Position numbers and translations under genes: made by a program | In this document: piece by piece, positions 35,823 to 44,938 of the stretch | Numbering within the stretch: position 1 is the first letter of the stretch | Layout: each line of letters begins with the position of its first letter | The notes under the pieces: model-generated | The model's input: the letters and a program-made list of their open reading frames with translations, nothing else | The model's database searches: none | Told to the model about the DNA's origin: nothing | From: Oligoflexales bacterium | Lineage (GTDB): Bacteria > Bdellovibrionota_B > Oligoflexia > Oligoflexales > JAPPIL01 | DNA: 64,000 nt | NCBI GenBank assembly: GCA_965215515.1 | Contig: OZ244057.1 | Location: 1,408,001-1,472,000, forward strand | Direction: 5' to 3'

Positions 35823-37366
35823 TTCTTTCTGTTCTTGCGGCGTGCTTGTTTGGCGGCACGGCGCATTCTTCTCAGTTTGTCGCGATCGACTATCTTGGCT
35901 GGTTTGGGAACACGTGGCCTTGCTGCGGGATTGCCTGCCTGCGCCGCGGTGTGCTGCATGAAGTCTTGCATCTGTTCGGGGTCGGCGGCCATATCCTTCA
36001 TTTTTTTCATCTTGGCCAGCTGTGCCACGCCAGGGATTTTGCCTGCTAGCCCCAGATTTTTGCTGACATCGTTGACCATCTGTCGTGTCTTGCGAAACTG
36101 TCGTAGCATGTTATCGACATCGTGCTGTGAGTGGCCGCTGCCCGCGGCGATGCGCTTAATGCGGGAAGGGTTGATGATATCGGGCAGCAAGCGTTCCTTC
36201 TCGGTCATCGAGGCAATCATCGCGCGGGCGCGACCCAGGGCATGGGCATCAACTTTAGCACCTTGAGGAAGCGCTTGCTGATAGGGCATTTTGTCCAGCA
36301 AATCATCCACCGAACCCATCTTCTGCAACGTAGATACCTGTTCGTAGTAATCCCTTAGGTTAAACTTGCCCTGCATCATGCGCAAAATGTCTTCTTCGCG
36401 TTCTTCATCGGCAACACGCTCGAAATCTTCTATAAGTCCGACAACATCACCGAGACCGAGAATGCGCCCCGCTAGACCTTGCGGCCGAAATTTTTCCAGT
36501 CTCTCCAGCCCTTCACCCATACCCAAAAATTTTATCGGTACACCCGTTACCTCTTTGATGCTGAGCGCTGCGCCGCCGCGGGCATCGCCATCGACTTTGG
36601 TCATGATTACTCCTGACAGGTCGAGGCTTGCGTGAAAAGCACGTGCTGTAGTGACTGCATCTTGTCCCATCATCGCATCGCAGACGAGCACGATGTCGGA
36701 CGGGGTGACTGCTTGTTTGATGTTTTGCAACTCTGTCATCAGTTCGTCATCGATGGTCAGGCGACCCGCGGTATCGATTAACAACGTGTCACAGCCGCGT
36801 GTCTCCGCCTCCGAGCGTGCTGCCTGGCATATCGCCACGACATCGCGTTCGGGGCGACTGAAGACGGGCACGTCGATACGCTCCCCCAGTATCTGCAACT
36901 GTTCGCGCGCTGCAGGACGGTAAATATCTGCTGCGACCAGCAAGGGTTTGCGTTTGCGTTCGGCACGCAAAAAACGGGCGAGTTTGCCCGTTGTGGTAGT
37001 TTTCCCCGTGCCCTGTAAACCCACCATCATAATCACCGCTGCCTGCTGCCGCGGAAAATTAAGGGAAGAGTCGGCTGGCCCCATCAGATCGACAAGCTCG
37101 TCACGACATATCTGCACAAAATGGTCGGAGGTGCTGGCTCGCACGCGTTTCCCACCCTTGCCGACGCGCAGCTGCACCCTCTCGCCGAGTGTTTTCTCTT
37201 TGACACGGGCGAGAAAAGTGCGTGCCACTTCGTACTCAACGTCGGCATCGAGCAAACTGCTGCGTACCAATGCCAGCGCCGCGCCGATGTTTTCCTCCGT
37301 GAAGGTAGTATAACCATGCAGTTTTTCCTGTGCCCGTTTAAAGCCACTGCGCAAGATGTCGAGCAT
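35819..37366 (-). CDS. ffh: Signal recognition particle protein
   Basis: GLQGTGKTTT, DIYRPAA..QL, DTAGRL, TKVDGDARGGAALS, SRIKRIAAGSG M-domain; ATG 37366 after AAGGAG. Confidence 0.97.
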   Translation of the reverse strand: MLDILRSGFKRAQEKLHGYTTFTEENIGAALALVRSSLLDADVEYEVARTFLARVKEKTLGERVQLRVGKGGKRVRASTSDHFVQICRDELVDLMGPADSSLNFPRQQAAVIMMVGLQGTGKTTTTGKLARFLRAERKRKPLLVAADIYRPAAREQLQILGERIDVPVFSRPERDVVAICQAARSEAETRGCDTLLIDTAGRLTIDDELMTELQNIKQAVTPSDIVLVCDAMMGQDAVTTARAFHASLDLSGVIMTKVDGDARGGAALSIKEVTGVPIKFLGMGEGLERLEKFRPQGLAGRILGLGDVVGLIEDFERVADEEREEDILRMMQGKFNLRDYYEQVSTLQKMGSVDDLLDKMPYQQALPQGAKVDAHALGRARAMIASMTEKERLLPDIINPSRIKRIAAGSGHSQHDVDNMLRQFRKTRQMVNDVSKNLGLAGKIPGVAQLAKMKKMKDMAADPEQMQDFMQHTAAQAGNPAARPRVPKPAKIVDRDKLRRMRRAAKQARRKNRKK

Positions 37367-37382
37367 AACCGTCTCCTTCGCG

Positions 37383-37829
37383 TTATTGCGCGGCAAACTT
37401 TCTGATTTCGGCGACGAGTAGCTTGATCTCTTCATCGTCGAACATTGCACCAAAACCAGCCATCGTGCCGCTCAGTCCGACCGCGGGGCCGCCGCTTTTG
37501 ATAACTGTGAAGATGCGGTCGTCGGCGGTGTTCTGCTGCCAGATGGGGTCGCGAAAATTGCGTGGTTTCGGGTCGAGGGCTACGCCTCCCGCACCATCGC
37601 CGCCGCCTTGCACACCATGACAACTGCTACAGTAAAGACCGTATTTCTCTCGTACCACCTCTAGAGGATCGCGCGCTGCCGCGCGCTGTGGCAAAGTACC
37701 ATCTGCCGCTAACACGGGGTACGTGCGGTGGGCAAGCTCACGCTCGGCGGCGAACCTTTCCCACTGTGGACGCGGATCGTACTGGTCGAGACAGGCACAT
37801 AGCACGAACAAGCAAAGACAGCGATACAT
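37383..37829 (-). CDS. Monoheme c-type cytochrome lipoprotein
   Basis: LCAC lipobox, CSSCH heme motif, PKPRNF, distal Met in GTMAGF. Confidence 0.85.
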   Translation of the reverse strand: MYRCLCLFVLCACLDQYDPRPQWERFAAERELAHRTYPVLAADGTLPQRAAARDPLEVVREKYGLYCSSCHGVQGGGDGAGGVALDPKPRNFRDPIWQQNTADDRIFTVIKSGGPAVGLSGTMAGFGAMFDDEEIKLLVAEIRKFAAQ

Positions 37830-37938
37830 CCCTCTCACCTTACGCCGAGACGGGGCAGGCGTAGCACAGGTGGTAAAAATTTAACAGCACGAAGTTGGCC
37901 TCGCACGCCATTTTCCCTGTCGAGACACTGACAGTTAA

Positions 37939-38067
37939 GTCAATTTCCTGACTGCTCATCTGTCTGTGATGAGCAGTTCCAGCCGCGTGCAGCCGCGAAA
38001 AAAGTAATTTTACGTTTCGGAGCGGGGGAAGTTACTGTTCTGAAAAAATATCTGGCACACTTCTTGA
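37939..38067 (+). promoter_or_regulatory. Putative sigma54 promoter with upstream enhancer-like dyad
   Basis: GTCA-N6-TGAC at 37939-37952; TGGCAC-N5-TTGA at 38053-38067 (one mismatch to TTGC). Confidence 0.45.
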
Positions 38068-38113
38068 GGGAACTTGCCTGTAATCGTGTTTCCTAACTGC
38101 GGGAGGGCGTGTT

Positions 38114-39007
38114 GTGCCTGTTTACTGTCGTTTTCTCATCGTTTGTCTCCAGCTGCTGTTGCCTGTCTATGCTCAGAGCGACGACGAACCTCTTACTCTG
38201 ACGGACATAGCTGGTGCTGTTGTCGGCGACTCCACGCTGATTACGCTTGCTTTCAGCCGTGCTCCGCGTTGGCAGGAGGTTAACATGCAAAGTCGCAACA
38301 ATCTGCTGGAGTTGCAGTTACCCAACACCGTCGCACCCGCGGCAGGGAAGATTCAGGCGATCGACAGTCCTTTCGTGGCGAACCTATTGCCTTTGCAGCG
38401 CGATGCTCAGACGACCTCGCTGCGTGTTTTCGCAAGTACAGCGGGCAAACGTCTTCAGCAGGCGACGACCGTCGAGGTGGTGGGCAAACAAGTCATTATA
38501 TTGGTCGATCACCGCAAGCTATCGCCGCTGTCGCCTCCTCCGCGCACGGCAGCGCACGAGAACGGGTGGCTGGCAAAAACACAGCTAGCGGCGGTGGTGG
38601 TGGTCATCGTATTGACACTATTGCTGTGCCTGTTTGGGTTGCGGCGTTTGTTTCTCCAGCAAGCACAGCGTACCCACGACACGCAGAATCAGGTGTTGCG
38701 CCGTGTCGGGAAACTATCGCTATCGCCGCGGCAACATCTCGCACTGATCGAAGTGTATGGGCAACGTCTGTTGTTTGCTGTTTCTCGCCAGCGCACCGAA
38801 CTGCTGACCAGTACCAGCTTCAAATGCGTCGACGATAGGCAGAGGAGTACTATGCCCGCCGCGTTGTCGCAGCTCGATAACGATGCCTACCTCAACCAAA
38901 ACAGCCTCAGCGCTCAGAAATCGATACAGCGTAATCAGCATTACCGTGAGACGTTGCCACGCACTGCCGAACACCGCACCGCGGTGGCACAAAACGGGGT
39001 GAGGTGA
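38114..39007 (+). CDS. fliO: FliO-family flagellar export accessory protein with N-terminal periplasmic (AMIN-like) domain
   Basis: Signal peptide, TM helix, then LRRVGKLSLSPRQHLALIEVYGQRLLFAVS typical of the FliO domain. Confidence 0.7.
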   Translation: MPVYCRFLIVCLQLLLPVYAQSDDEPLTLTDIAGAVVGDSTLITLAFSRAPRWQEVNMQSRNNLLELQLPNTVAPAAGKIQAIDSPFVANLLPLQRDAQTTSLRVFASTAGKRLQQATTVEVVGKQVIILVDHRKLSPLSPPPRTAAHENGWLAKTQLAAVVVVIVLTLLLCLFGLRRLFLQQAQRTHDTQNQVLRRVGKLSLSPRQHLALIEVYGQRLLFAVSRQRTELLTSTSFKCVDDRQRSTMPAALSQLDNDAYLNQNSLSAQKSIQRNQHYRETLPRTAEHRTAVAQNGVR

Positions 39008-39130
39008 CCAAAAGGTGCGGCTTTCCGTTAATTTTACTTTAGTGGTAAGGGTAACGTGTTTATTTTATTTACAAAAATAATAAGTAAAAAAAATTTCTAA
39101 AGCTGGCGGTGTGAAGAGCCGACAGCACGG

Positions 39131-39949
39131 GTGGCCGTTGTTCTGCGCATGGCGGCTGGGCAGGTCGATCACACAGCGATGAGGGGCAAGTTGCGCGCAC
39201 TGGTAAAACGTTACAAACTCAACACGAGGGACATCAGCAACAAACTTCGTGACCAGCTCATCACGGACTATGCACCTCTGATCAGGTTTATCGCCCAGCG
39301 TATTGCGCTCAGACTACCGCCGAACGTCGATATCGACGATTTGGTCAGCTCGGGCATCATAGGTTTGATGGATGCCATCGATAAGTACGATCCTAGTCGG
39401 GACAACAAGTTTCGTACCTATGCGGAGTTTCGGATTCGGGGGGCGATCCTCGATGAGTTGCGTTCGCAAGACTGGGTGCCACGTTCGGTACGGGACAAGG
39501 CCAAGAGAATTGAGAGAACCAATGCTCGCTTGGAGCAAAAGCATGGTCGCTCTGTCAGTGAAAGGGAGATATCCAAAGATCTGGGGATGCCTTTGGACAG
39601 GTATCATCGGATGTTGGCAAGAGTGCGCACGGTAATGCTTGTGCCGATCGATGAGGTCACTGGTTCGGTGCAGCTCGATCAACACAATTTGTTGGAATAC
39701 TTGAATAGCGAAGCTCCCAACGACCCTTTCATCAATCTCAAAGTTAGAAAACTGAAAAGAACGCTCAAAGAAAATGTAGAAGCTTTGCCTGAAAAACAAA
39801 AGTTAGTGTTATCTTTATACTACTATGAAGAGTTAAATTTGAAAGAAATCGGCAAGATACTCAATGTCACGGAGTCGCGTGTCAGTCAAATTCACACTCA
39901 GGCTTTGACGCGCCTGCAATCGAAGCTCAACACAGCACTGTTGGAGTAG
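39131..39949 (+). CDS. fliA: RNA polymerase sigma-28 (FliA/WhiG) factor
   Basis: RLPPNVDIDDL, FRIRGAILDELRSQDWVPRSVR, LSLYYYEELNLKEIG..L.VTESRVSQIH; start may be 39149 or 39179. Confidence 0.95.
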   Translation: MAVVLRMAAGQVDHTAMRGKLRALVKRYKLNTRDISNKLRDQLITDYAPLIRFIAQRIALRLPPNVDIDDLVSSGIIGLMDAIDKYDPSRDNKFRTYAEFRIRGAILDELRSQDWVPRSVRDKAKRIERTNARLEQKHGRSVSEREISKDLGMPLDRYHRMLARVRTVMLVPIDEVTGSVQLDQHNLLEYLNSEAPNDPFINLKVRKLKRTLKENVEALPEKQKLVLSLYYYEELNLKEIGKILNVTESRVSQIHTQALTRLQSKLNTALLE

Positions 39950-39960
39950 AGGAGGAGACG

Positions 39961-40410
39961 ATGGAAAAATACACTCACAAGAGAATGGGCAACCAGTCGC
40001 CGAGACTAGAAAACGGCAAAGTGTTCGACGAGAGGGTGGTCAGGAGAACGGGCGAACGTCGTATTCCGCTCGAAATCAGCACTTACGGCCTCAACGATCA
40101 GGGGACGGTAAAATCACACAGCACTCACCTTAACACCCATGGCATTGAATTTTCTTCTCCCTCCGATTACGCACATGGCACGTTACTGCGAATAAATGTC
40201 TTCCTTCCTGATTTTTGGCAGAGAAAAAGAAAGCTGGTCAACTATCATCGGGTCGAGCCGCCAGAGCATTTTCGTATTCTCGCCAAAGTTGTCCGCAGCG
40301 ATGTCCAACTCCGCAAGAGCCGCAAAAAACTCGTGCTCGCTCAAACAGTTAACATGGACAAGATCGACGAGAAAGTTTTGTCTTCTTGGTTACTGGAAAG
40401 CAACAGCTAA
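39961..40410 (+). CDS. PilZ-like domain protein
   Basis: RRTGERR followed by HLNTHGIEF (degenerate D/NxSxxG), A(K)VVR strand; GGAGG SD. Confidence 0.55.
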   Translation: MEKYTHKRMGNQSPRLENGKVFDERVVRRTGERRIPLEISTYGLNDQGTVKSHSTHLNTHGIEFSSPSDYAHGTLLRINVFLPDFWQRKRKLVNYHRVEPPEHFRILAKVVRSDVQLRKSRKKLVLAQTVNMDKIDEKVLSSWLLESNS

Positions 40411-40422
40411 TTTATAGTACAG

Positions 40423-43038
40423 CTATGCGACTGCGAACCAGTTGTCCCCGTGTTTGATGTTGACCTCGAAGCGTACGGCCCCCTGCAAAGCATTCTCCAT
40501 GTTCTCCTTGATCAGGGTGGAGGCATGCGGCAGTTCGGCACGTGGGCATTCGAACAGCAGCTCGTCGTGAATCTGCAACAACATCGTCGTACGCAGCTGT
40601 GCTGCGTGCAGGGCGGTATCGACTTTCAACATGGCCAGCTTGATTAAGTCAGCTGCATAGCCTTGGATACAGGAATTGACTGCCGTGTTGCGAGCATGGG
40701 CGTAGGTCTGGGGGTTGCTCTCGTCGAGTCCCACGATCGTCCGCCGCCGTCCACAGGGGGTCTGACTATAGCCTCGCTTGGCGGCGAGCTCAACAAGCTC
40801 AGCGGTAAAACTTTTTACCTCTGGGTAGGCGGCGAAGTAACGGTCGATAAAACCCTGTGCCTCAGCCATCGACACCCCGACTGTCTTGGCGAACTTGCGT
40901 GCCCCCATACCGTAGACGATACCGAAGTTGATCGCCTTTGCCACCATGCGCTGTTCTCTGTTCACCTGTGCAAGGTCGACCGCAAAGATCTTCGCCGCGG
41001 TCAAGCGATGGATGTCGTGCCCCGCATTGAAGGCCACGATCAAGTTATGCGAGGCAGCCAAACAGGCCAGTAGACGCAACTCAATCTGCGAATAGTCAGC
41101 TGAGATAAGCACGCTGTCTTTATCCTGGGCGGTGAATGCTTTCCTCAACAACTGCCCGCGCTCGCTACGCATGGGGATGTTCTGTAGGTTGGGGTTGTCG
41201 GAACTCAGGCGTCCCGTCGCCGCCACGTCTTGCCGCAGATTGGTGTGCAAGCGCTGTGTGCGCGCGTGCACGTGCCGTGGCAAGACATCGACGTAAGTGT
41301 TTTTTAGTTTCGCCAAGCTGCGATATTCAAGTATCAGGCGTGCCAGGGGGTGAGCACTCAGCAAGGATAACACCGTCTCGTCAGTCGAGTAGCCAGTTTT
41401 GGTACGGCGGATATTCTTGATGTTGAGCTGCTCGTGAAGCTTAAGGTCGACGAACAAAATCTGCTGCAGCTGCTGCGGTGAATTGATGTTGAACTTGCGG
41501 GGGGCGGCAGCGTAAATCTTTTCCTCCAACTGGGCCAAATCTCGCTGCAAATTCTCCCCATAACTGCGCAAGAAGGCGCAATCGATGTAGATACCTCGTG
41601 CTTCCATCTTCGCCAGCACTCGCAATAGGGGCATCTCCATCTCTGTCGCCAGCTTCCCCATACCTTGTGCGGCAACTGCTGTGCATAGCTTGTCCGCCAA
41701 GCGCAAAATCGCTTTTGCCTGTGCTACGGTGTCTGCCATGTTCACCGCCTTGAGCAGATAACGTCTACTGATGTCAGCTAGACCGTGATGGCGATGGTCG
41801 GGGTCGAGCAGATAATCGTATAACAACACATCGGCCAACTCGCCCGCCAGCACAATATCGACGTTATGCAACACCCGCCACACACTCTTGAGATCGTAGC
41901 CTAGCTTCCGTGTCCCTTCGGCTTGCAGCAACGGCGATAACTGTGCGTATACCTGCGCCGCGGGCAACTGCCCCATATCGATGCAACACAGACCCTGTGC
42001 ATCACCGAGCACTATCTGTCGCGGCTGAGCGGTGACGAGATCGAGGCTATCCGCCTGCACCATTACCAACAGCTCTGGCAAGGCTTGCAAACGGGGCAGG
42101 TGCTGCTGGGTGAGTTCCTGCAACGTCCCTGGGGTGTGCACGCTAGGCGTATGCGTGTGAGGTGCAGCAATTTGTTCGTGACAGGTAAAGTTGGACAGCA
42201 AGCGCTTGAATTCGAGTTTCTGGTAAAAATTATACAGGTGTCGGTTGTTAAAAACATCCGCATCGTAAACAAGCTCGGTCACCCCCGTTGCCAAAGGCAC
42301 GTCGGTGTCGATGGTCACTAGCTGTCGCGACAGCTGTGCGTCCTCTCGCCCTGCGAGTAGTTTACGACGCAGACTCTCAGGCTTAACCTCGTCGATATGG
42401 CGATAGATGGCGGCCAGCGAACCGAATTGTGCGATAAGCTTGGCTGCCCCCTTCGCTCCTATCCCCGTCACCCCAGGCACGTTGTCGGAACTGTCGCCAC
42501 TGAGGGCAAGACAGTCGATTACCTGTGTCGGACGACATTGAAAGCGTTGTTGCACTGCCTCCTCCCGCAGCACCTGGTAGTCTTTGCTCAACATGGCGAC
42601 GTGCTCATCGAGCAACTGCATAAAATCCTTGTCGTTGGAAACGATGTAGGTATGCAATTGCGCCGCACTTGCACGCCTAGCCAGTGTGCCGATAATGTCG
42701 TCCGCCTCGTAGCCTGGCAAGCGCAAAACCTTGATGTCGAGACAAGAAAATAACGCAAAAAAAAGCGGCAGCTGCTCAGCCAAGTCTTCGGGCATGTCAC
42801 CACGGTTGGCTTTGTAGGCAGGGTAAAGCTGGTGACGAAAGGTTTTCTCCGCGCTGTCGCAGACGAGTGCCAAGTAATCGGGCTCAAATTCGGCCAGTAA
42901 CTTGTGCAAAAAAACCGCCGCACTGTAGGGCACGGAGACTTTTGTGCCCGCACGGGTAGTGAGAGGCTTGCTGCGACCGAGCGCGTAAAAAACACGGAAG
43001 GCCAATGCCATCGCATCGATCAGGTACAGCGTGCGCAT
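40423..43038 (-). CDS. polA: DNA polymerase I
   Basis: 5'-3' exonuclease (YKANR, EADDIIG, GDSSDNVPGV), TGRLSS.NPNLQNIP, ADYSQIELR, KAINFGIVYG, QIHDEL. Confidence 0.98.
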   Translation of the reverse strand: MRTLYLIDAMALAFRVFYALGRSKPLTTRAGTKVSVPYSAAVFLHKLLAEFEPDYLALVCDSAEKTFRHQLYPAYKANRGDMPEDLAEQLPLFFALFSCLDIKVLRLPGYEADDIIGTLARRASAAQLHTYIVSNDKDFMQLLDEHVAMLSKDYQVLREEAVQQRFQCRPTQVIDCLALSGDSSDNVPGVTGIGAKGAAKLIAQFGSLAAIYRHIDEVKPESLRRKLLAGREDAQLSRQLVTIDTDVPLATGVTELVYDADVFNNRHLYNFYQKLEFKRLLSNFTCHEQIAAPHTHTPSVHTPGTLQELTQQHLPRLQALPELLVMVQADSLDLVTAQPRQIVLGDAQGLCCIDMGQLPAAQVYAQLSPLLQAEGTRKLGYDLKSVWRVLHNVDIVLAGELADVLLYDYLLDPDHRHHGLADISRRYLLKAVNMADTVAQAKAILRLADKLCTAVAAQGMGKLATEMEMPLLRVLAKMEARGIYIDCAFLRSYGENLQRDLAQLEEKIYAAAPRKFNINSPQQLQQILFVDLKLHEQLNIKNIRRTKTGYSTDETVLSLLSAHPLARLILEYRSLAKLKNTYVDVLPRHVHARTQRLHTNLRQDVAATGRLSSDNPNLQNIPMRSERGQLLRKAFTAQDKDSVLISADYSQIELRLLACLAASHNLIVAFNAGHDIHRLTAAKIFAVDLAQVNREQRMVAKAINFGIVYGMGARKFAKTVGVSMAEAQGFIDRYFAAYPEVKSFTAELVELAAKRGYSQTPCGRRRTIVGLDESNPQTYAHARNTAVNSCIQGYAADLIKLAMLKVDTALHAAQLRTTMLLQIHDELLFECPRAELPHASTLIKENMENALQGAVRFEVNIKHGDNWFAVA

Positions 43039-43316
43039 TAGCGTTGCGATTGCCGACAGCAGTGCTGGCTGGTCATCACTTCACCGCAATCGGGGCAGAG
43101 GTCGATCGCTTCCACGCGCCGCGGCCGTTCTTGCGTGTCACCCAGCCGCTGCAGTTTGGCGCGCAAAAACCTTACCCCCAGATAAACCGCGGCCAGCGGT
43201 ACAACGAACTTCAGCAGAGGCAAGGCTGCCGCGGTCACCGCCCCCGCGCCGAAGCGTACCAGCAAACCACCCAAGACCAGGCCGAGCACGATAAAAAAAA
43301 TGTGCTTGAATTTCAT
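43038..43316 (-). CDS. Small membrane protein with C-terminal Cys cluster
   Basis: Two TM segments, CPDCG....HCC; coupled to the polA start. Confidence 0.6.
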   Translation of the reverse strand: MKFKHIFFIVLGLVLGGLLVRFGAGAVTAAALPLLKFVVPLAAVYLGVRFLRAKLQRLGDTQERPRRVEAIDLCPDCGEVMTSQHCCRQSQR

Positions 43317-43320
43317 GCGA

Positions 43321-43974
43321 TCACCCTTCACCCACCCGCGGGCGAGTCTTGATACTCAGATACGCCGCTGAGATTAGCAGAGTCGCAGCGAACACAACAG
43401 CGAATAAATGCAACTGTGCCCGTCCCTGTGGAACGCCACGTACCTGCACCCGCAGACCATCCCCCTTTGCCAGCGCCTGCGGGGTGTGCAGGGCACGGTA
43501 GTGTACGTCGGCGATCCGTGGCAAGTGCGTGGCCACGAGTTTGTCGGAAGAAACATCTATAATATCATGTTCATACATGATGTTGAGGCTAGCCAAAGTG
43601 CGTGTTGCTACCCAATGCAAAGTGGTATTGCCACCCTGTGCGGCGACCTTGAAACCGATGTTGACGAGCGTTGCCCCGTGCGGAAATTCTTTTTGCATCT
43701 TCACTGTGCCATGCTGGGGATCGACCCGCAAATCAGCCGCCGCTACGCCTTCGATCGCTTTGAAATCCACCGTCTCTCTCGGCAAAAACAGTGTGACTTC
43801 AGCTTGTTGTGCCTCTTGCTGGTTGTTTTGTACCGAGAAGATATAGTCGCCCCACACACTGTCCAACCCCGCCCGTAGGATGATCAGGTGTTTCTCACTC
43901 AAGGCGACCTCGGCACGCCCAGGCACAGCCAGCCACAGGGCTACTAGTGTCAAAGCAAAAAAACTAGCGCGCAT
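43321..43974 (-). CDS. Exported protein with C-terminal membrane anchor
   Basis: Signal peptide, beta-rich body, C-terminal TM helix. Confidence 0.65.
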   Translation of the reverse strand: MRASFFALTLVALWLAVPGRAEVALSEKHLIILRAGLDSVWGDYIFSVQNNQQEAQQAEVTLFLPRETVDFKAIEGVAAADLRVDPQHGTVKMQKEFPHGATLVNIGFKVAAQGGNTTLHWVATRTLASLNIMYEHDIIDVSSDKLVATHLPRIADVHYRALHTPQALAKGDGLRVQVRGVPQGRAQLHLFAVVFAATLLISAAYLSIKTRPRVGEG

Positions 43975-44302
43975 CGTTAACCGCGGCGAGATAATCGAGC
44001 CGACGGCAGACATCGATATAGCGGCTGGTCAAAAAAATCTGCCGTTTACGCCATACCCCCGCACGCAATTGCCCCGCTCGCCACGCGTCCTCGTCAGCGA
44101 GATAGCGTGCGATAATCCCCCTCCGCAAAGCATCGAGTTTAACACGATCGTTGATCGCGGCACAGGCAACCAGGCGCGTCTCACCAGCCAGAAAGAAAGG
44201 CCACCACAGCAAGACCAGTAAAGCCAGTGCCACCCCGATCATGACTAACAACACGACACGCCCCTTCTCATCCGCATCCAGCGTAGAGCACGCGACCTGC
44301 AA
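43964..44302 (-). CDS. Small membrane protein, CcmI N-terminus-like
   Basis: TM helix ending WPFF followed by an R....ARY...E....AG.L helical hairpin; start uncertain. Confidence 0.45.
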   Translation of the reverse strand: MQVACSTLDADEKGRVVLLVMIGVALALLVLLWWPFFLAGETRLVACAAINDRVKLDALRRGIIARYLADEDAWRAGQLRAGVWRKRQIFLTSRYIDVCRRLDYLAAVNDAR

Positions 44303-44410
44303 CGCAAACTTCGCGCAATATCAAATACTTGAAAATTAGACCAACAAAAAAGCACACCCCCAGTTAACGCCTTAATTTGGGGAAAGTCATGAGTTCGGTA
44401 TGCTGGGGTA

Positions 44411-44923
44411 CTACTCAGGCAATACAAATATATCACGCTGCAAGCGTCTCGCTAACTCGGCACCGATGTCCGTGACCGCCGTGCGACGTTGTGCCTCAGA
44501 ACGTACAAACCATTGCGCACGGGGCGCTTCCGAGGCGGAAAAAACACGCTGATAAGTGCTGCTGAGACGGTAGGTGGTGCTGAGCAGAAGACGACGTTGG
44601 CGCAAATCCCACAACTCCACCGCGATGGTCAGCTGCAACCGTGCCTGCGCTGAAGTAGACGGAATAGCACTGTCACGTATGTGCAGACGCAGCAACTGCT
44701 CAGCTTGGCGATAAGCAGCAAATCGCCCGTGGCGCACCAACATCGCCTGCACCGCCTGCCAAATGGCCGCGTGTGCGAGATAGCGTGCCTCGGTGCTGTA
44801 AACCGCCTCCAGCGCAATCTTGCGGTACGGCGGAGCGTGCAAGTTAGACCAGCGATATACACAGCCCGCACATAAAAAATACGACAACATCAACATCCGC
44901 ACGACATACGCAGGACTGACCAT
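44411..44923 (-). CDS. LptE-like lipoprotein
   Basis: CAGC.Y lipobox, alpha/beta core, C-terminal helix ELARRL. Confidence 0.55.
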   Translation of the reverse strand: MVSPAYVVRMLMLSYFLCAGCVYRWSNLHAPPYRKIALEAVYSTEARYLAHAAIWQAVQAMLVRHGRFAAYRQAEQLLRLHIRDSAIPSTSAQARLQLTIAVELWDLRQRRLLLSTTYRLSSTYQRVFSASEAPRAQWFVRSEAQRRTAVTDIGAELARRLQRDIFVLPE

Positions 44924-44938
44924 CGCCTCTACCTACAT

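Noticed and set aside
35438..36266. Repetitive ORFs in other frames over the miaB repeat
   Set aside because: By-products of a stop-free 66-bp repeat; only the miaB frame continues into a known protein
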